From IMG/VR virus record IMGVR_UViG_3300009152_000029: a DNA stretch of 20,000 nt; one strand, written 5' to 3'. Shown here in pieces: positions 1 to 7,780 of this stretch; within the stretch, counting starts at the first letter, position 1, and each line of letters opens with the position of its first letter. Origin of the DNA: an uncultured virus (IMG/VR IMGVR_UViG_3300009152_000029) (Duplodnaviria; Heunggongvirae; Uroviricota; Caudoviricetes). Position numbers and translations under genes: made by a program. A model generated the notes under the pieces. It saw only the letters and a program-made list of their open reading frames with translations. It was not told the origin of the DNA and did not search any database.

Positions 1-1
1 C

Positions 2-499
2 ATTCCAACCGACTGTGAATTCCAGAAACTCCGCACCTGTAAGTATAAGGTAGTTGGGGAGTATGAAATCGACCTCACTGACCCATTGTATGCTTCACGC
101 TTCCAGACTGACCAAGATGATGATGTTGATATCTGGAACGATGATGATGAAGAAGACCTCTGCTCTGGTTGCGATTCAGAATACAATTCTTGGTGTTGTG
201 AGTGTGAACAGTGCGGAAACTGTTGCGACTGTGAGAATGAGGATGAGGAATCTAAGACTGAAATCCAATTGACTCTTCCTCTTGACAACAAGATTCAGAG
301 TGTAGATTGGACGAAGCAAACGGTCAATCTTATCCAATTGGTTGGTCATCTGTTCTCATCTCGTCGTCCGGCTTTGGCTATGTCAATCAGACGTGAGTTT
401 GATTTCTATGATGACCAGACCCGGATTGCCTTTGAGACACTCCTTCATCATACTACCCAAGATGATGTCAAGCGCATCTACAACGAACTGAACCCATAG
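2..499 (+). CDS. rIIB: rIIB-like protein, C-terminal part (5' end outside window), with acidic/Cys-rich extension
   Basis: Frame is open from base 2: IPTDCEFQKLRTCKYKVVGEY matches the recalled T4 rIIB C-terminal motif (SIPxDY..xKxRxCxYxVV); continues into ORF 86..499. Confidence 0.75.
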   Translation: MPTDCEFQKLRTCKYKVVGEYEIDLTDPLYASRFQTDQDDDVDIWNDDDEEDLCSGCDSEYNSWCCECEQCGNCCDCENEDEESKTEIQLTLPLDNKIQSVDWTKQTVNLIQLVGHLFSSRRPALAMSIRREFDFYDDQTRIAFETLLHHTTQDDVKRIYNELNP

Positions 500-518
500 T
501 TTCGGTTTTGTCAAGAAA

Positions 519-550
519 ATCCCCCGAAGAAATTTGGGGGATATTTTTTT
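519..550 (+). terminator. intrinsic terminator
   Basis: ATCCCCCGAA/TTTGGGGGAT stem followed by T-tract. Confidence 0.75.
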
Positions 551-563
551 GTCATTTTATTGG

Positions 564-585
564 AGGAATGGTCTTTACCATTCCT
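564..585. repeat. dispersed palindrome copy 1
   Basis: AGGAATGGT-CTTT-ACCATTCCT. Confidence 0.9.
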
Positions 586-661
586 AAAAAAACTTATCAG
601 AAATATTTTTAAACAGGATTAGAGGTAGAGAAAAAAGAAAATCCATATAGAGGAAAAACTT

Positions 662-1411
662 ATGCCGTATGTTTATCAAGCTGGTGTGTTTACAAGTATT
701 GCAATTAATTTGGGATTAGCTGATAAGCAATTTCAAGATGAATTGTTGCTTTTAGCTGGGACTGCTGCTTCATATACCAAGACAACTCGTGACTTAATTA
801 TTGATTCTTGGGATAATAGCAGCACTGACGCAAATACTGATTCTACATTAACACTTTCACAAGCTTTAAGAAGTGCTGAAATTTCTTTGCCATCAACCAT
901 TGATCCTGTATATTCTGGGACTTTAGGAGCTTTGAATTCATATTTCAATGCTGTAGTCGGAGAATCATTCAGAGATTACTTTAATTCAAAAACAACTAGT
1001 AGAACAGTAAATTTCGTACAAACTACACCAACATCAACTGGCACTGGCTTATCAAGCTTTAGAGACATATATAGAAGAACTTACAATAACGAATTGATTT
1101 ACAAGCTGCACGAGAGAAATACTGCTGGAACATTTTCAGGAACATCAGGTACATATGATAATGCTGGTGCTCTTTTAGAAGTAAGAAAATACGGGGCAGC
1201 AAATAGTACTGGAACAATTAGCTTAAGTTGTGTTAGAGCAAATGATGGCGGAAGTGATGCTATTGTTTTATCATACACTGCTGGTATTCTTGTCACATAC
1301 ACAAATGCTGCAAAATTAACAACACTTGACAGACGATACTTATATGTTTCAGGTGTTGCTATAACTGGAATGTCTGGTTCTGGAGCCAGTTTCGAGGTTT
1401 GGACTAGATAA
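662..1411 (+). CDS. hypothetical Ser/Thr/Gly-rich protein, possibly virion structural
   Basis: 249 aa ORF with GAGG SD; composition resembles structural proteins; no family recognised. Confidence 0.8.
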   Translation: MPYVYQAGVFTSIAINLGLADKQFQDELLLLAGTAASYTKTTRDLIIDSWDNSSTDANTDSTLTLSQALRSAEISLPSTIDPVYSGTLGALNSYFNAVVGESFRDYFNSKTTSRTVNFVQTTPTSTGTGLSSFRDIYRRTYNNELIYKLHERNTAGTFSGTSGTYDNAGALLEVRKYGAANSTGTISLSCVRANDGGSDAIVLSYTAGILVTYTNAAKLTTLDRRYLYVSGVAITGMSGSGASFEVWTR

Positions 1412-1431
1412 AATATTTAGTATATTTTAAA

Positions 1432-1453
1432 AGGGATGGTGAATACCATCCCT
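1432..1453. repeat. dispersed palindrome copy 2
   Basis: AGGGATGGT-GAAT-ACCATCCCT. Confidence 0.9.
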
Positions 1454-1493
1454 TTATTTTTTTGTCAAAGAAAAATAAATGTATAGATAGTTC

Positions 1494-1521
1494 TTGAATC
1501 GGCTAACCCTAATGGTATAAT
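1494..1521 (+). promoter_or_regulatory. sigma70-type promoter for tRNA pair
   Basis: TTGAAT-N16-TATAAT with TG extension, 10 nt before tRNA-Leu. Confidence 0.7.
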
Positions 1522-1531
1522 ATTAGCGTAT

Positions 1532-1612
1532 CCTCCGGTGGTGGAACGGTATACACGACGGACTTAAAATCCGTTGGCGCAAGCCTTACGAGTTCGAATC
1601 TCGTCTGGAGGA
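1532..1612 (+). tRNA. tRNA-Leu (TAA)
   Basis: Acceptor CCTCCGG/CTGGAGG, anticodon arm ACGGA-CTTAAAA-TCCGT, long variable arm, TTCGAAT T-loop; CCA not encoded. Confidence 0.93.
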
Positions 1613-1616
1613 TTTT

Positions 1617-1733
1617 GAGAGAGGTTAGACAAAAGAGTAATCTGAGTCTTGTCGTGAAAGAAATTTTTAATGTGAAGTGGGAATTGTGCTCTGGATAACT
1701 AGTCTCCATCACAGGCAACACATAACCTCTTTC
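1617..1733 (+). ncRNA. candidate structured RNA between tRNA-Leu and tRNA-Lys
   Basis: Closing stem GAGAGAGGTTA/TAACCTCTTTC; internal GACAA..TTGTC and ATGTG..CACAT pairings. Confidence 0.4.
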
Positions 1734-1742
1734 TTTTAGTTT

Positions 1743-1814
1743 GGTTCCATAGCTTAACGGTAAAGCAGAATCCTTTTAAGATTTTGAGTGCAGATTCGAC
1801 TTCTGCTGGAGCCA
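1743..1814 (+). tRNA. tRNA-Lys (TTT)
   Basis: Acceptor GGTTCCA/TGGAGCC, D stem GCTT/AAGC, anticodon loop CTTTTAA, T arm GCAGA-TTCGACT-TCTGC. Confidence 0.9.
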
Positions 1815-1847
1815 CTTTTCACTTGTCTTATCTCCACAAGTGAAACC

Positions 1848-1876
1848 AATCCCCTTCTCCGACAAGAAGGGGATTT
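1848..1876 (+). terminator. intrinsic terminator after tRNAs
   Basis: AATCCCCTTCT/AGAAGGGGATT hairpin. Confidence 0.65.
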
Positions 1877-1880
1877 CCTA

Positions 1881-1908
1881 TTGCAGTACATACAACATAT
1901 GATATAAT
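1881..1908 (+). promoter_or_regulatory. sigma70-type promoter, leaderless geometry
   Basis: TTGCAG-N16-TATAAT, ATG follows after 6 nt. Confidence 0.7.
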
Positions 1909-1914
1909 ACAGGT

Positions 1915-2409
1915 ATGGAAAACACTATTATTACCCCAACCTACGAAGTCAATGTTAAGTTTAGTTGGAAATATCCCGGTAAGCCAATTATAAATGTTGA
2001 AAAGCAAGGGTATATCCAAACAACCAATACCGAAGATAAATTGATTGCTGAAGAATATATTAATTCATTTATTGGCAATTATGAGGTTGGTATTTGTGAA
2101 GTGACAGAGATGAATATTCTTTCTCTTAGGAGAGTATTTACCTATGATGAATGGGTTGAGAAATACAAACCATTAAAGAATCAATTCGAGGAAACTAGTT
2201 TCGAGGGATGTTCTTTCGATTACTCTGAAGATGACCAATGGGAATTTGTAAAGAAGCAGAATCCAGAAAACATTTGGACAATGGTTGATTCTGATGATTG
2301 CTTTGTTGTAATCTCTGGATGCCATTGGGTAAATCGAGAAAGTTATTTTGTCACTGAAAAGCCTGTCCAAAAAGAAGACTTGTCAACTGAATTTCTTGTG
2401 ATAGAATAG
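1915..2409 (+). CDS. hypothetical phage protein
   Basis: 164 aa ORF between promoter and terminator. Confidence 0.8.
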   Translation: MENTIITPTYEVNVKFSWKYPGKPIINVEKQGYIQTTNTEDKLIAEEYINSFIGNYEVGICEVTEMNILSLRRVFTYDEWVEKYKPLKNQFEETSFEGCSFDYSEDDQWEFVKKQNPENIWTMVDSDDCFVVISGCHWVNRESYFVTEKPVQKEDLSTEFLVIE

Positions 2410-2442
2410 AGTACACAGAATCCGCTCATAATTCTGTGTTCT

Positions 2443-2479
2443 ATCCCTCTTCTTCGCTCATAGGAAGAGGGATTTTTTT
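2443..2479 (+). terminator. intrinsic terminator
   Basis: ATCCCTCTTC/GAAGAGGGAT stem plus T-tract. Confidence 0.8.
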
Positions 2480-2492
2480 GCAATTATTCTTA

Positions 2493-2514
2493 AGGAATGG
2501 TAAATACCATTCCT
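2493..2514. repeat. dispersed palindrome copy 3
   Basis: AGGAATGGT-AAAT-ACCATTCCT. Confidence 0.9.
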
Positions 2515-2543
2515 AAAAATATTGATCAAATAATTTTTTAAAC

Positions 2544-2572
2544 TTGCATACCCTAAAGATATATCGTATTAT
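2544..2572 (+). promoter_or_regulatory. sigma70-type promoter of R-M operon
   Basis: TTGCAT-N17-TATTAT, then GAGGA SD. Confidence 0.65.
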
Positions 2573-2589
2573 GAATAAGAGGAAGCCAA

Positions 2590-3321
2590 ATGTCTATCGT
2601 TTTAAATAATGAATCTTGTCTTGATTTTTTGCCTCGTGTTGCAGATAAATCAGTAAATCTTGTTTTGATTGACCCACCATATACAATTTCACGAGCAACA
2701 GGATTCGAGAGTTGTGGAGAGAAGGGTGTTGAAAGATTTAAGATGTCCTATGAATTTGGAGAGTGGGATAATGAAATCTTTGTTCTTGATAAGGTTATGG
2801 AAGAATCTTATCGTATCCTCAAGCCAGGTGGAACATTAATTTGTTTCTATGACTTGTGGAAAATCGAGACTCTTAAGAATTGGATTGAGAGTGCCAAGTT
2901 TAAGCAACTCCGGTTTATTGAATGGGTAAAGACAAATCCTGTTCCTATCAATTCGAAGATTAATTATCTCACCAATTCAAGAGAGATAGCCCTTACTGCT
3001 ATCAAAGGAAGTAAACCAACATTTCATTCTCAATATGATAAGGGAATTTATGAGTTTGCAATCTGTCATGAGAGAGACCGTTTCCATCCTACTCAAAAGC
3101 CTCTCAATTTACTGCAAGCTTTAATTACCAAACACTCCAATGAAGGCGATACTGTTTTGGATTGTTTTGCTGGCTCTGCTTCTTGTGCAGTGGCTTGCTA
3201 TAACACTGGACGAAACTTTATGGGTTGTGAATTGGATGAAACTTATTACACAAAAGCAACAGAGAGAATCGCTAAATTAAATGACAAAAGTACAAATGTT
3301 TCTTCAAGCGTCACAACCTGA
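2590..3321 (+). CDS. DNA methyltransferase, N6-adenine/N4-cytosine beta class
   Basis: DPPY (motif IV) N-terminal, HPTQKP, VLDCFAGSAS (motif I) C-terminal. Confidence 0.93.
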   Translation: MSIVLNNESCLDFLPRVADKSVNLVLIDPPYTISRATGFESCGEKGVERFKMSYEFGEWDNEIFVLDKVMEESYRILKPGGTLICFYDLWKIETLKNWIESAKFKQLRFIEWVKTNPVPINSKINYLTNSREIALTAIKGSKPTFHSQYDKGIYEFAICHERDRFHPTQKPLNLLQALITKHSNEGDTVLDCFAGSASCAVACYNTGRNFMGCELDETYYTKATERIAKLNDKSTNVSSSVTT

Positions 3322-3877
3322 TAGTGATGGTAAAACTCGTCTTTGGCTATATAGTGAATTGGAAACTTTATATCCCGGCGTAGAATTCCAAACTAAAAAT
3401 GGTGGAGATTGGAACCGCTCTGATGGACAATTAAAAGATTTCATTGTTCATAGAGAAAAAGATAAAAATCGCACTATAGGAATTCGTCTTGATGGTTATA
3501 GAGAAACATCAATTGAAAAACGTATACGAACTGATATTTTCAAATCAATAAGAAAACAAAGATGCCGTGTTGTTGATGTTGGTGGAGAAAATATCGAGTG
3601 TGACCATAAAGACGGACGATATAGTTCTGATACTTATAATAGCGTAGAAAATCAAAATGAAGATGATTTTCAGCCATTATTGAGGAACGTAAATTTATCA
3701 AAGAGAACTCATTGTAAGACGTGTGAGGAAACAAATGAAAGATACGATGCAAAAAGGCTTGGTTATTCATTTGGATGGATTGTTGGAGAGTCTAATTATG
3801 CAGGCACTTGTGTTGGATGCTATTGGTATGACCCTAGGCAATTTAATAAAGTAATCTCCAAAGATTATAAACCTTGA
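3281..3877 (+). CDS. IceA1/NlaIII-family HNH restriction endonuclease
   Basis: Motifs FL..QP..G, NGGxWxR, IRLxGY, IEcDHKDGR, DDFQxL, KRxxCKxC, CVGCYxYDP as recalled for H. pylori IceA1; overlaps the MTase 3' end. Confidence 0.8.
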   Translation: MTKVQMFLQASQPDSDGKTRLWLYSELETLYPGVEFQTKNGGDWNRSDGQLKDFIVHREKDKNRTIGIRLDGYRETSIEKRIRTDIFKSIRKQRCRVVDVGGENIECDHKDGRYSSDTYNSVENQNEDDFQPLLRNVNLSKRTHCKTCEETNERYDAKRLGYSFGWIVGESNYAGTCVGCYWYDPRQFNKVISKDYKP

Positions 3878-3907
3878 CAATAGTGTTTTCTTAATGTACA
3901 CTTGTAT

Positions 3908-4138
3908 ATGAAACACGTATTATATGAAGTCACAGATGATTTTGACATTATCATCAAATTGACTTTTGAAAATTACAGTTATCTCAATGCCTTTATCGAA
4001 CAACATACTAAAGAAAAAAAGTATGAGCCAAAATTTCTAGTTCTTGAAATTAATGATGAGGGTGATATTGATTTCATTAGAACATATAATGGAACCAAAG
4101 AAGTTTCCAAAAAACTTGTTGTGGACTACATAGATTAA
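3908..4138 (+). CDS. hypothetical protein (leaderless)
   Basis: TTGACA(3874)-N17-TACACT then ATG at 3908. Confidence 0.7.
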   Translation: MKHVLYEVTDDFDIIIKLTFENYSYLNAFIEQHTKEKKYEPKFLVLEINDEGDIDFIRTYNGTKEVSKKLVVDYID

Positions 4139-4276
4139 TGATATGCTATATTTGTTCAAGGTGATTACAGCATCAAGAACAAACTCAGAATGTGGTGATT
4201 CTGGAAAAATGTGAGAAGAGTGGAAATAACATGGTTCGTATGCCCGTTACATTCTTCTCACATCTTGGGTAATATT

Positions 4277-4534
4277 ATGAACGACATTCTTCTAAAAGTA
4301 GATTTTCCAGTAAAACCACAAACCCTTTATCTATATAAGGGTAAATATAAGGTTATTAAAGATGAATTTTTAGAAGGAGTGAATGTCATTAGAACTTATA
4401 AATGCTCCGAAGGTTATTTCAGTTATACTTCTATATGGCATCCAGGTTTTCAGTACCATTATGAAATAGAAACCGAAAAATGTAAATCAAGATTCTTTGA
4501 GGGCGAATGGTTTGAAATTATTGATGGTGGATAG
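4277..4534 (+). CDS. hypothetical protein
   Basis: Part of ORF 4211..4534; ATG 4277 preferred, start uncertain. Confidence 0.55.
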   Translation: MNDILLKVDFPVKPQTLYLYKGKYKVIKDEFLEGVNVIRTYKCSEGYFSYTSIWHPGFQYHYEIETEKCKSRFFEGEWFEIIDGG

Positions 4535-4589
4535 CTTAAATAAAGCAGAGGAATAAACCTTTGATATGGGTGTAAGTCCCATTCCACCT
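4526..4589 (+). ncRNA. degenerate tRNA-like cloverleaf (pseudo-tRNA or tRNA mimic)
   Basis: GGTGGA/TCCACC acceptor, TA-GCTT..AAGC D arm, AGAGG-AATAAA-CCTTT arm, ATGGG-TGTAAGT-CCCAT T arm. Confidence 0.55.
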
Positions 4590-4593
4590 TTTG

Positions 4594-4666
4594 GGGCGAT
4601 TAGCTTAATGGTTAAAGCAGGGGACTCATAATCCCTTGAGTGGGGGTTCGAGTCCCTCATCGCCCA
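4594..4666 (+). tRNA. tRNA with CAT anticodon (likely Ile2, else elongator Met)
   Basis: Acceptor GGGCGAT/ATCGCCC (1:72 paired, so not initiator), GGGGA-CTCATAA-TCCCT, TTCGAGT T-loop. Confidence 0.9.
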
Positions 4667-4704
4667 TTGTTTCTGGTTGGTTGGTGTTTTGCATGTCCTA
4701 CTCC

Positions 4705-4738
4705 TCCCCTCATTGAAATATATGAGGGGATTTTTTTT
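4705..4738 (+). terminator. intrinsic terminator
   Basis: TCCCCTCAT/ATGAGGGGA plus T8. Confidence 0.8.
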
Positions 4739-4782
4739 GACACTGCTATAACTTTATGATATATTGTTTGTAGAGAAATATT

Positions 4783-4974
4783 ATGCCAAACGATACATTA
4801 AACTATTTATCAGACAAATCAGAACACGATTTGCTGGTCATTCTTGAGGGATTTAAACTACTCTTGGCTGATGCAGAATTATTTGATATGCTTGCTGAAA
4901 AGTTAGATATATCTGACGATGTTCTTGTTGAAATCCGTGAAGATATTAGCAAGTTTATGGCAGACGAGGTATAA
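4783..4974 (+). CDS. hypothetical acidic protein
   Basis: 63 aa ORF after TTGACA(4737)-N17-TATATT. Confidence 0.7.
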   Translation: MPNDTLNYLSDKSEHDLLVILEGFKLLLADAELFDMLAEKLDISDDVLVEIREDISKFMADEV

Positions 4975-4984
4975 TTTACCTATT

Positions 4985-5071
4985 GGAAGAGTGAGCAGAA
5001 TGGTATTGCAACCGCCTTGAAAGCGGTCTCACCCTTGACGGGGTGTGCGGGTTCGAATCCTGTCTCTTCCT
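4985..5071 (+). tRNA. tRNA-Ser (TGA)
   Basis: Acceptor GGAAGAG/CTCTTCC, ACCGC-CTTGAAA-GCGGT, long variable arm, TTCGAAT T-loop. Confidence 0.92.
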
Positions 5072-5095
5072 TATTCCATAAATAAATAAAACACT

Positions 5096-5386
5096 ATGAC
5101 ACTAGAACAAGCAAATAAAATTAGAGACAGAGTGGATGAATTAAATAAATTATATCCAATCAAACTGCGTTACCAGATGATTTGCACAAGTCTTAATAAT
5201 TTTGCTGTCACCATCACTTTTAATTACACTGAAAATGAGTGGATGGAATTTTACGGTATCAATCATATTTATGCTCAAGTTATGGATAAGCTTAATGGAT
5301 ATCAGTTTGCCTTGGAAGCAATACAAGCATATCAAGAAGAGTATGGCAATTTAAAGTTTTCTCAATCTGACTTGCCTTTGGGGTAG
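5096..5386 (+). CDS. hypothetical protein
   Basis: 96 aa ORF followed by terminator hairpin ATCCCTTCCAG/CTGGAAGGGAT (5414-5454). Confidence 0.7.
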   Translation: MTLEQANKIRDRVDELNKLYPIKLRYQMICTSLNNFAVTITFNYTENEWMEFYGINHIYAQVMDKLNGYQFALEAIQAYQEEYGNLKFSQSDLPLG

Positions 5387-5471
5387 GATAAATAATAAAA
5401 CAGATTGAGTCTCATCCCTTCCAGTTTAGTAGTGTTTTCTGGAAGGGATTTTTTATTTGCATTTTATTTTC

Positions 5472-5493
5472 AGGCATTGAGTATACAATGCCT
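5472..5493. repeat. dispersed palindrome copy 4
   Basis: AGGCATTGA-GTAT-ACAATGCCT (one inner mismatch). Confidence 0.8.
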
Positions 5494-5587
5494 GATTTTA
5501 TTATTAAAAATATTTGTTTTGGTGTTCCCAATACGTTGACAATGTATATATTATCCGAGTATACTATCAATGAAAGGAAGCCATACA

Positions 5588-5920
5588 ATGAGTGTAACAG
5601 TTGATTCGGATAAGCGTAAGGTTGGCAATCCTGAATGGAATTTTGTTCTTCCATATAATGAAGCCAGACTTATTGTCAAAAAGTATAAATTCAAATCAAT
5701 GAGAGAATATACTGAATGGGTGAGAGAAGAGAAGCCATATGGTTTATCTACCAATCCATATCAAGTATATACTCGTCGTGGTGAGTGGGTTGGTACTGCT
5801 CACTATCTTGGTAAAATTGATTCAATTGTCCAAGAAGACCAGAACGTCCACGAAGAAAAGCCCGTTAAATTCTGGAAGATTAGTAACATAATCAAACAGA
5901 TATTCGGTCTTGGTCAATAA
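5588..5920 (+). CDS. integrase-repeat (INT_rpt-like) domain protein
   Basis: LPYNEAR..V....FKS.REY.......P..LS.NP...Y...GEW.....YLG repeat motif; promoter TTGACA(5536)-N18-TATACT, SD AAGGA. Confidence 0.7.
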   Translation: MSVTVDSDKRKVGNPEWNFVLPYNEARLIVKKYKFKSMREYTEWVREEKPYGLSTNPYQVYTRRGEWVGTAHYLGKIDSIVQEDQNVHEEKPVKFWKISNIIKQIFGLGQ

Positions 5921-5973
5921 ACAATTAGGATACACAATGAAGTGTATCCTAAAATTTTTTGTCAATAAGCTCT

Positions 5974-5995
5974 AGGAATGGTAATTACCATTCCT
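5974..5995. repeat. dispersed palindrome copy 5
   Basis: AGGAATGGT-AATT-ACCATTCCT. Confidence 0.9.
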
Positions 5996-6121
5996 GAAAT
6001 TTTTATGCAAATAAAAAATATATTCTAAAATATATAGCATAGTTTGTTGACAACATATAGTAGTTAGGTTATACTACTGGTGTAAGAACAACATAGTTAG
6101 TTCTTAGTTGAGAGAAGCCAA

Positions 6122-6607
6122 ATGGAAGATATTTACCCGTACAGTTATGCAAAGTCCTATGCAATGGGCAGTAAGTTCAAGACGATTAAACAGTACTCCG
6201 ATGCTGTCAAGGCAGAAGGTCTCAGTTTTCACGCTGACCCTAAGCGTTACTCCGAGTATACCTCAGCCCATGAGTTCTTGGGTTACACCAAAGAGGAATA
6301 CACCAAAGTCAAGTGTTCCGTAATGGTGTCTAACCGAAACCAATCTGCGGTCAATGCTAAGATTAGGGCAACTTGGGCAAAGAACCGGGTATCACGTCAA
6401 GAAACGGCTGGTCAACTACCTTTGCCAAAGCCTAGCCAGTTGAAGGCTTTTACACCTGAAGAGGTTGTTGACATTCTAGTAAAGTCTAATGCAAGCAGTG
6501 AATACATTGCGGACTTTATCAAGACGCACAAGGTCAACAGTGAGTATGCTGTTGCGGTTTTGATTGACTTGTTGAAGCAAAGCCTTCCATCCGCAGTCAC
6601 AGTCTAA
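6122..6607 (+). CDS. protein with N-terminal integrase-repeat-like domain
   Basis: YPYSYAK.......FKT.KQY..........ADP..Y.......EFLG; promoter TTGACA(6047)-N17-TATACT; terminator 6616-6641. Confidence 0.7.
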   Translation: MEDIYPYSYAKSYAMGSKFKTIKQYSDAVKAEGLSFHADPKRYSEYTSAHEFLGYTKEEYTKVKCSVMVSNRNQSAVNAKIRATWAKNRVSRQETAGQLPLPKPSQLKAFTPEEVVDILVKSNASSEYIADFIKTHKVNSEYAVAVLIDLLKQSLPSAVTV

Positions 6608-6662
6608 CCTGACTATCTCCCCTCCAGAAGTGGAGGGGAGAATAATCTTGACAAAATACTTA

Positions 6663-6683
6663 AGGCATTGTAGTACAATGCCT
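6663..6683. repeat. dispersed palindrome copy 6
   Basis: AGGCATTGT-AGT-ACAATGCCT with perfect TTGACA/TGTCAA at 9 bp on both sides. Confidence 0.9.
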
Positions 6684-6756
6684 ATTGACAATTGTCAAAT
6701 TTTTTCATAAAATACTTATGCATGAAAATGCAAAATAAAGTTTCAAGGTAAATGAA

Positions 6757-6957
6757 TTGAAGAAAATTCACCTCTCTAATTTCCGTAAGAAGTTTGATGA
6801 CAAGTCTTACCAGGCTGTCAAGGATGCTATTGGTAAGAATGCTTTTTTAGCTAATGAAATCAATATCAATAAGATTATTGATAGTATTACAGACCCAGTC
6901 ATTAAGAAGAATTTTGTCAAGTGGTCTGATGGTTATGATTTTGCAATTCTTAATTAA
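6757..6957 (+). CDS. hypothetical protein
   Basis: 66 aa ORF, TTG start uncertain. Confidence 0.55.
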   Translation: MKKIHLSNFRKKFDDKSYQAVKDAIGKNAFLANEININKIIDSITDPVIKKNFVKWSDGYDFAILN

Positions 6958-7094
6958 AAAGGTTTACTCTTAACATTTTTAGTAATAAGAAACTAGTTTG
7001 GTTCTCACGGAGTAAAAAAAGAAAAATTTCTGTTTTTACCATCCAGATGTTGATAGGTATATTGCCCTTAAGTCAATAATCTAGCAGGCCAACA

Positions 7095-7127
7095 AATATC
7101 CCTCTTTTCAGTAAGAGGGATATTTTT
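7095..7127 (+). terminator. intrinsic terminator
   Basis: AAATATCCCTCTT/AAGAGGGATATTT. Confidence 0.7.
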
Positions 7128-7178
7128 ATTTGACAACTCCCAATATATGCGTTATTATATACACATAAGGAGAGCGAT

Positions 7179-7526
7179 ATGGGACTTGATAACCTTTGGA
7201 AAAAAAATGACAACGAAGACGCTATGGTAGAAGGCGATTTTTGCATCTGTGGCGGTCTATGTTCTGACAATGGAAACTCTTCATTTCGTGGTAAAGTTTA
7301 TGCTCGTTTTGTAGAAGATGTCACTGGTGTTTGTTTGTATGGCGACCCAAAAACTTCCAAAATTTCAAACGAAACTGTAAAGCAGATGGCAACTGACTTG
7401 GAAGAAACTGAATGGCGAGATTCTTACATCCAAAACTATGATATTGAAGAGCAAGAGTTTAAAGACCTTGCTAGGATGTTTAGACTTCACGCTGATGCTG
7501 GTCATTACTTGGTTGCTTTTTATTAA
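7179..7526 (+). CDS. hypothetical phage protein (MGLD start)
   Basis: TTGACA(7130)-N17-TATTAT, SD AAGGAG. Confidence 0.85.
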   Translation: MGLDNLWKKNDNEDAMVEGDFCICGGLCSDNGNSSFRGKVYARFVEDVTGVCLYGDPKTSKISNETVKQMATDLEETEWRDSYIQNYDIEEQEFKDLARMFRLHADAGHYLVAFY

Positions 7527-7780
7527 TGACTATCAATCTACGTAAAAACATAGCACGGTTTATCTACATTATTGACCAAACAACAAATGTAGAAAGCCGT
7601 GCAAAAATTCTCAAAGAACTAGACCTAACTGAAAATGAATTTCAGGAGCTGGTAGTGAATCTATTGAAATTTAGTAATTCTAATAATAGGGAATTTTATT
7701 GCTGCAATCCTGAATATCATGGATTTATTGAAACATTCAAAATTATTTCAGAAAAAACAAATACAGAGTTCTTAATCTAA
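7526..7780 (+). CDS. hypothetical protein
   Basis: TAATG translational coupling with upstream ORF. Confidence 0.7.
   Translation: MTINLRKNIARFIYIIDQTTNVESRAKILKELDLTENEFQELVVNLLKFSNSNNREFYCCNPEYHGFIETFKIISEKTNTEFLI

Noticed and set aside
4138..4276. Possible pseudogene (MICYICSR-stop) upstream of ORF 4277
   Set aside because: No recognisable homology; frames cannot be joined with confidence.
6958..7094. Possible ncRNA in the non-coding gap
   Set aside because: Only AT-rich imperfect hairpins, not distinguishable from chance by eye.
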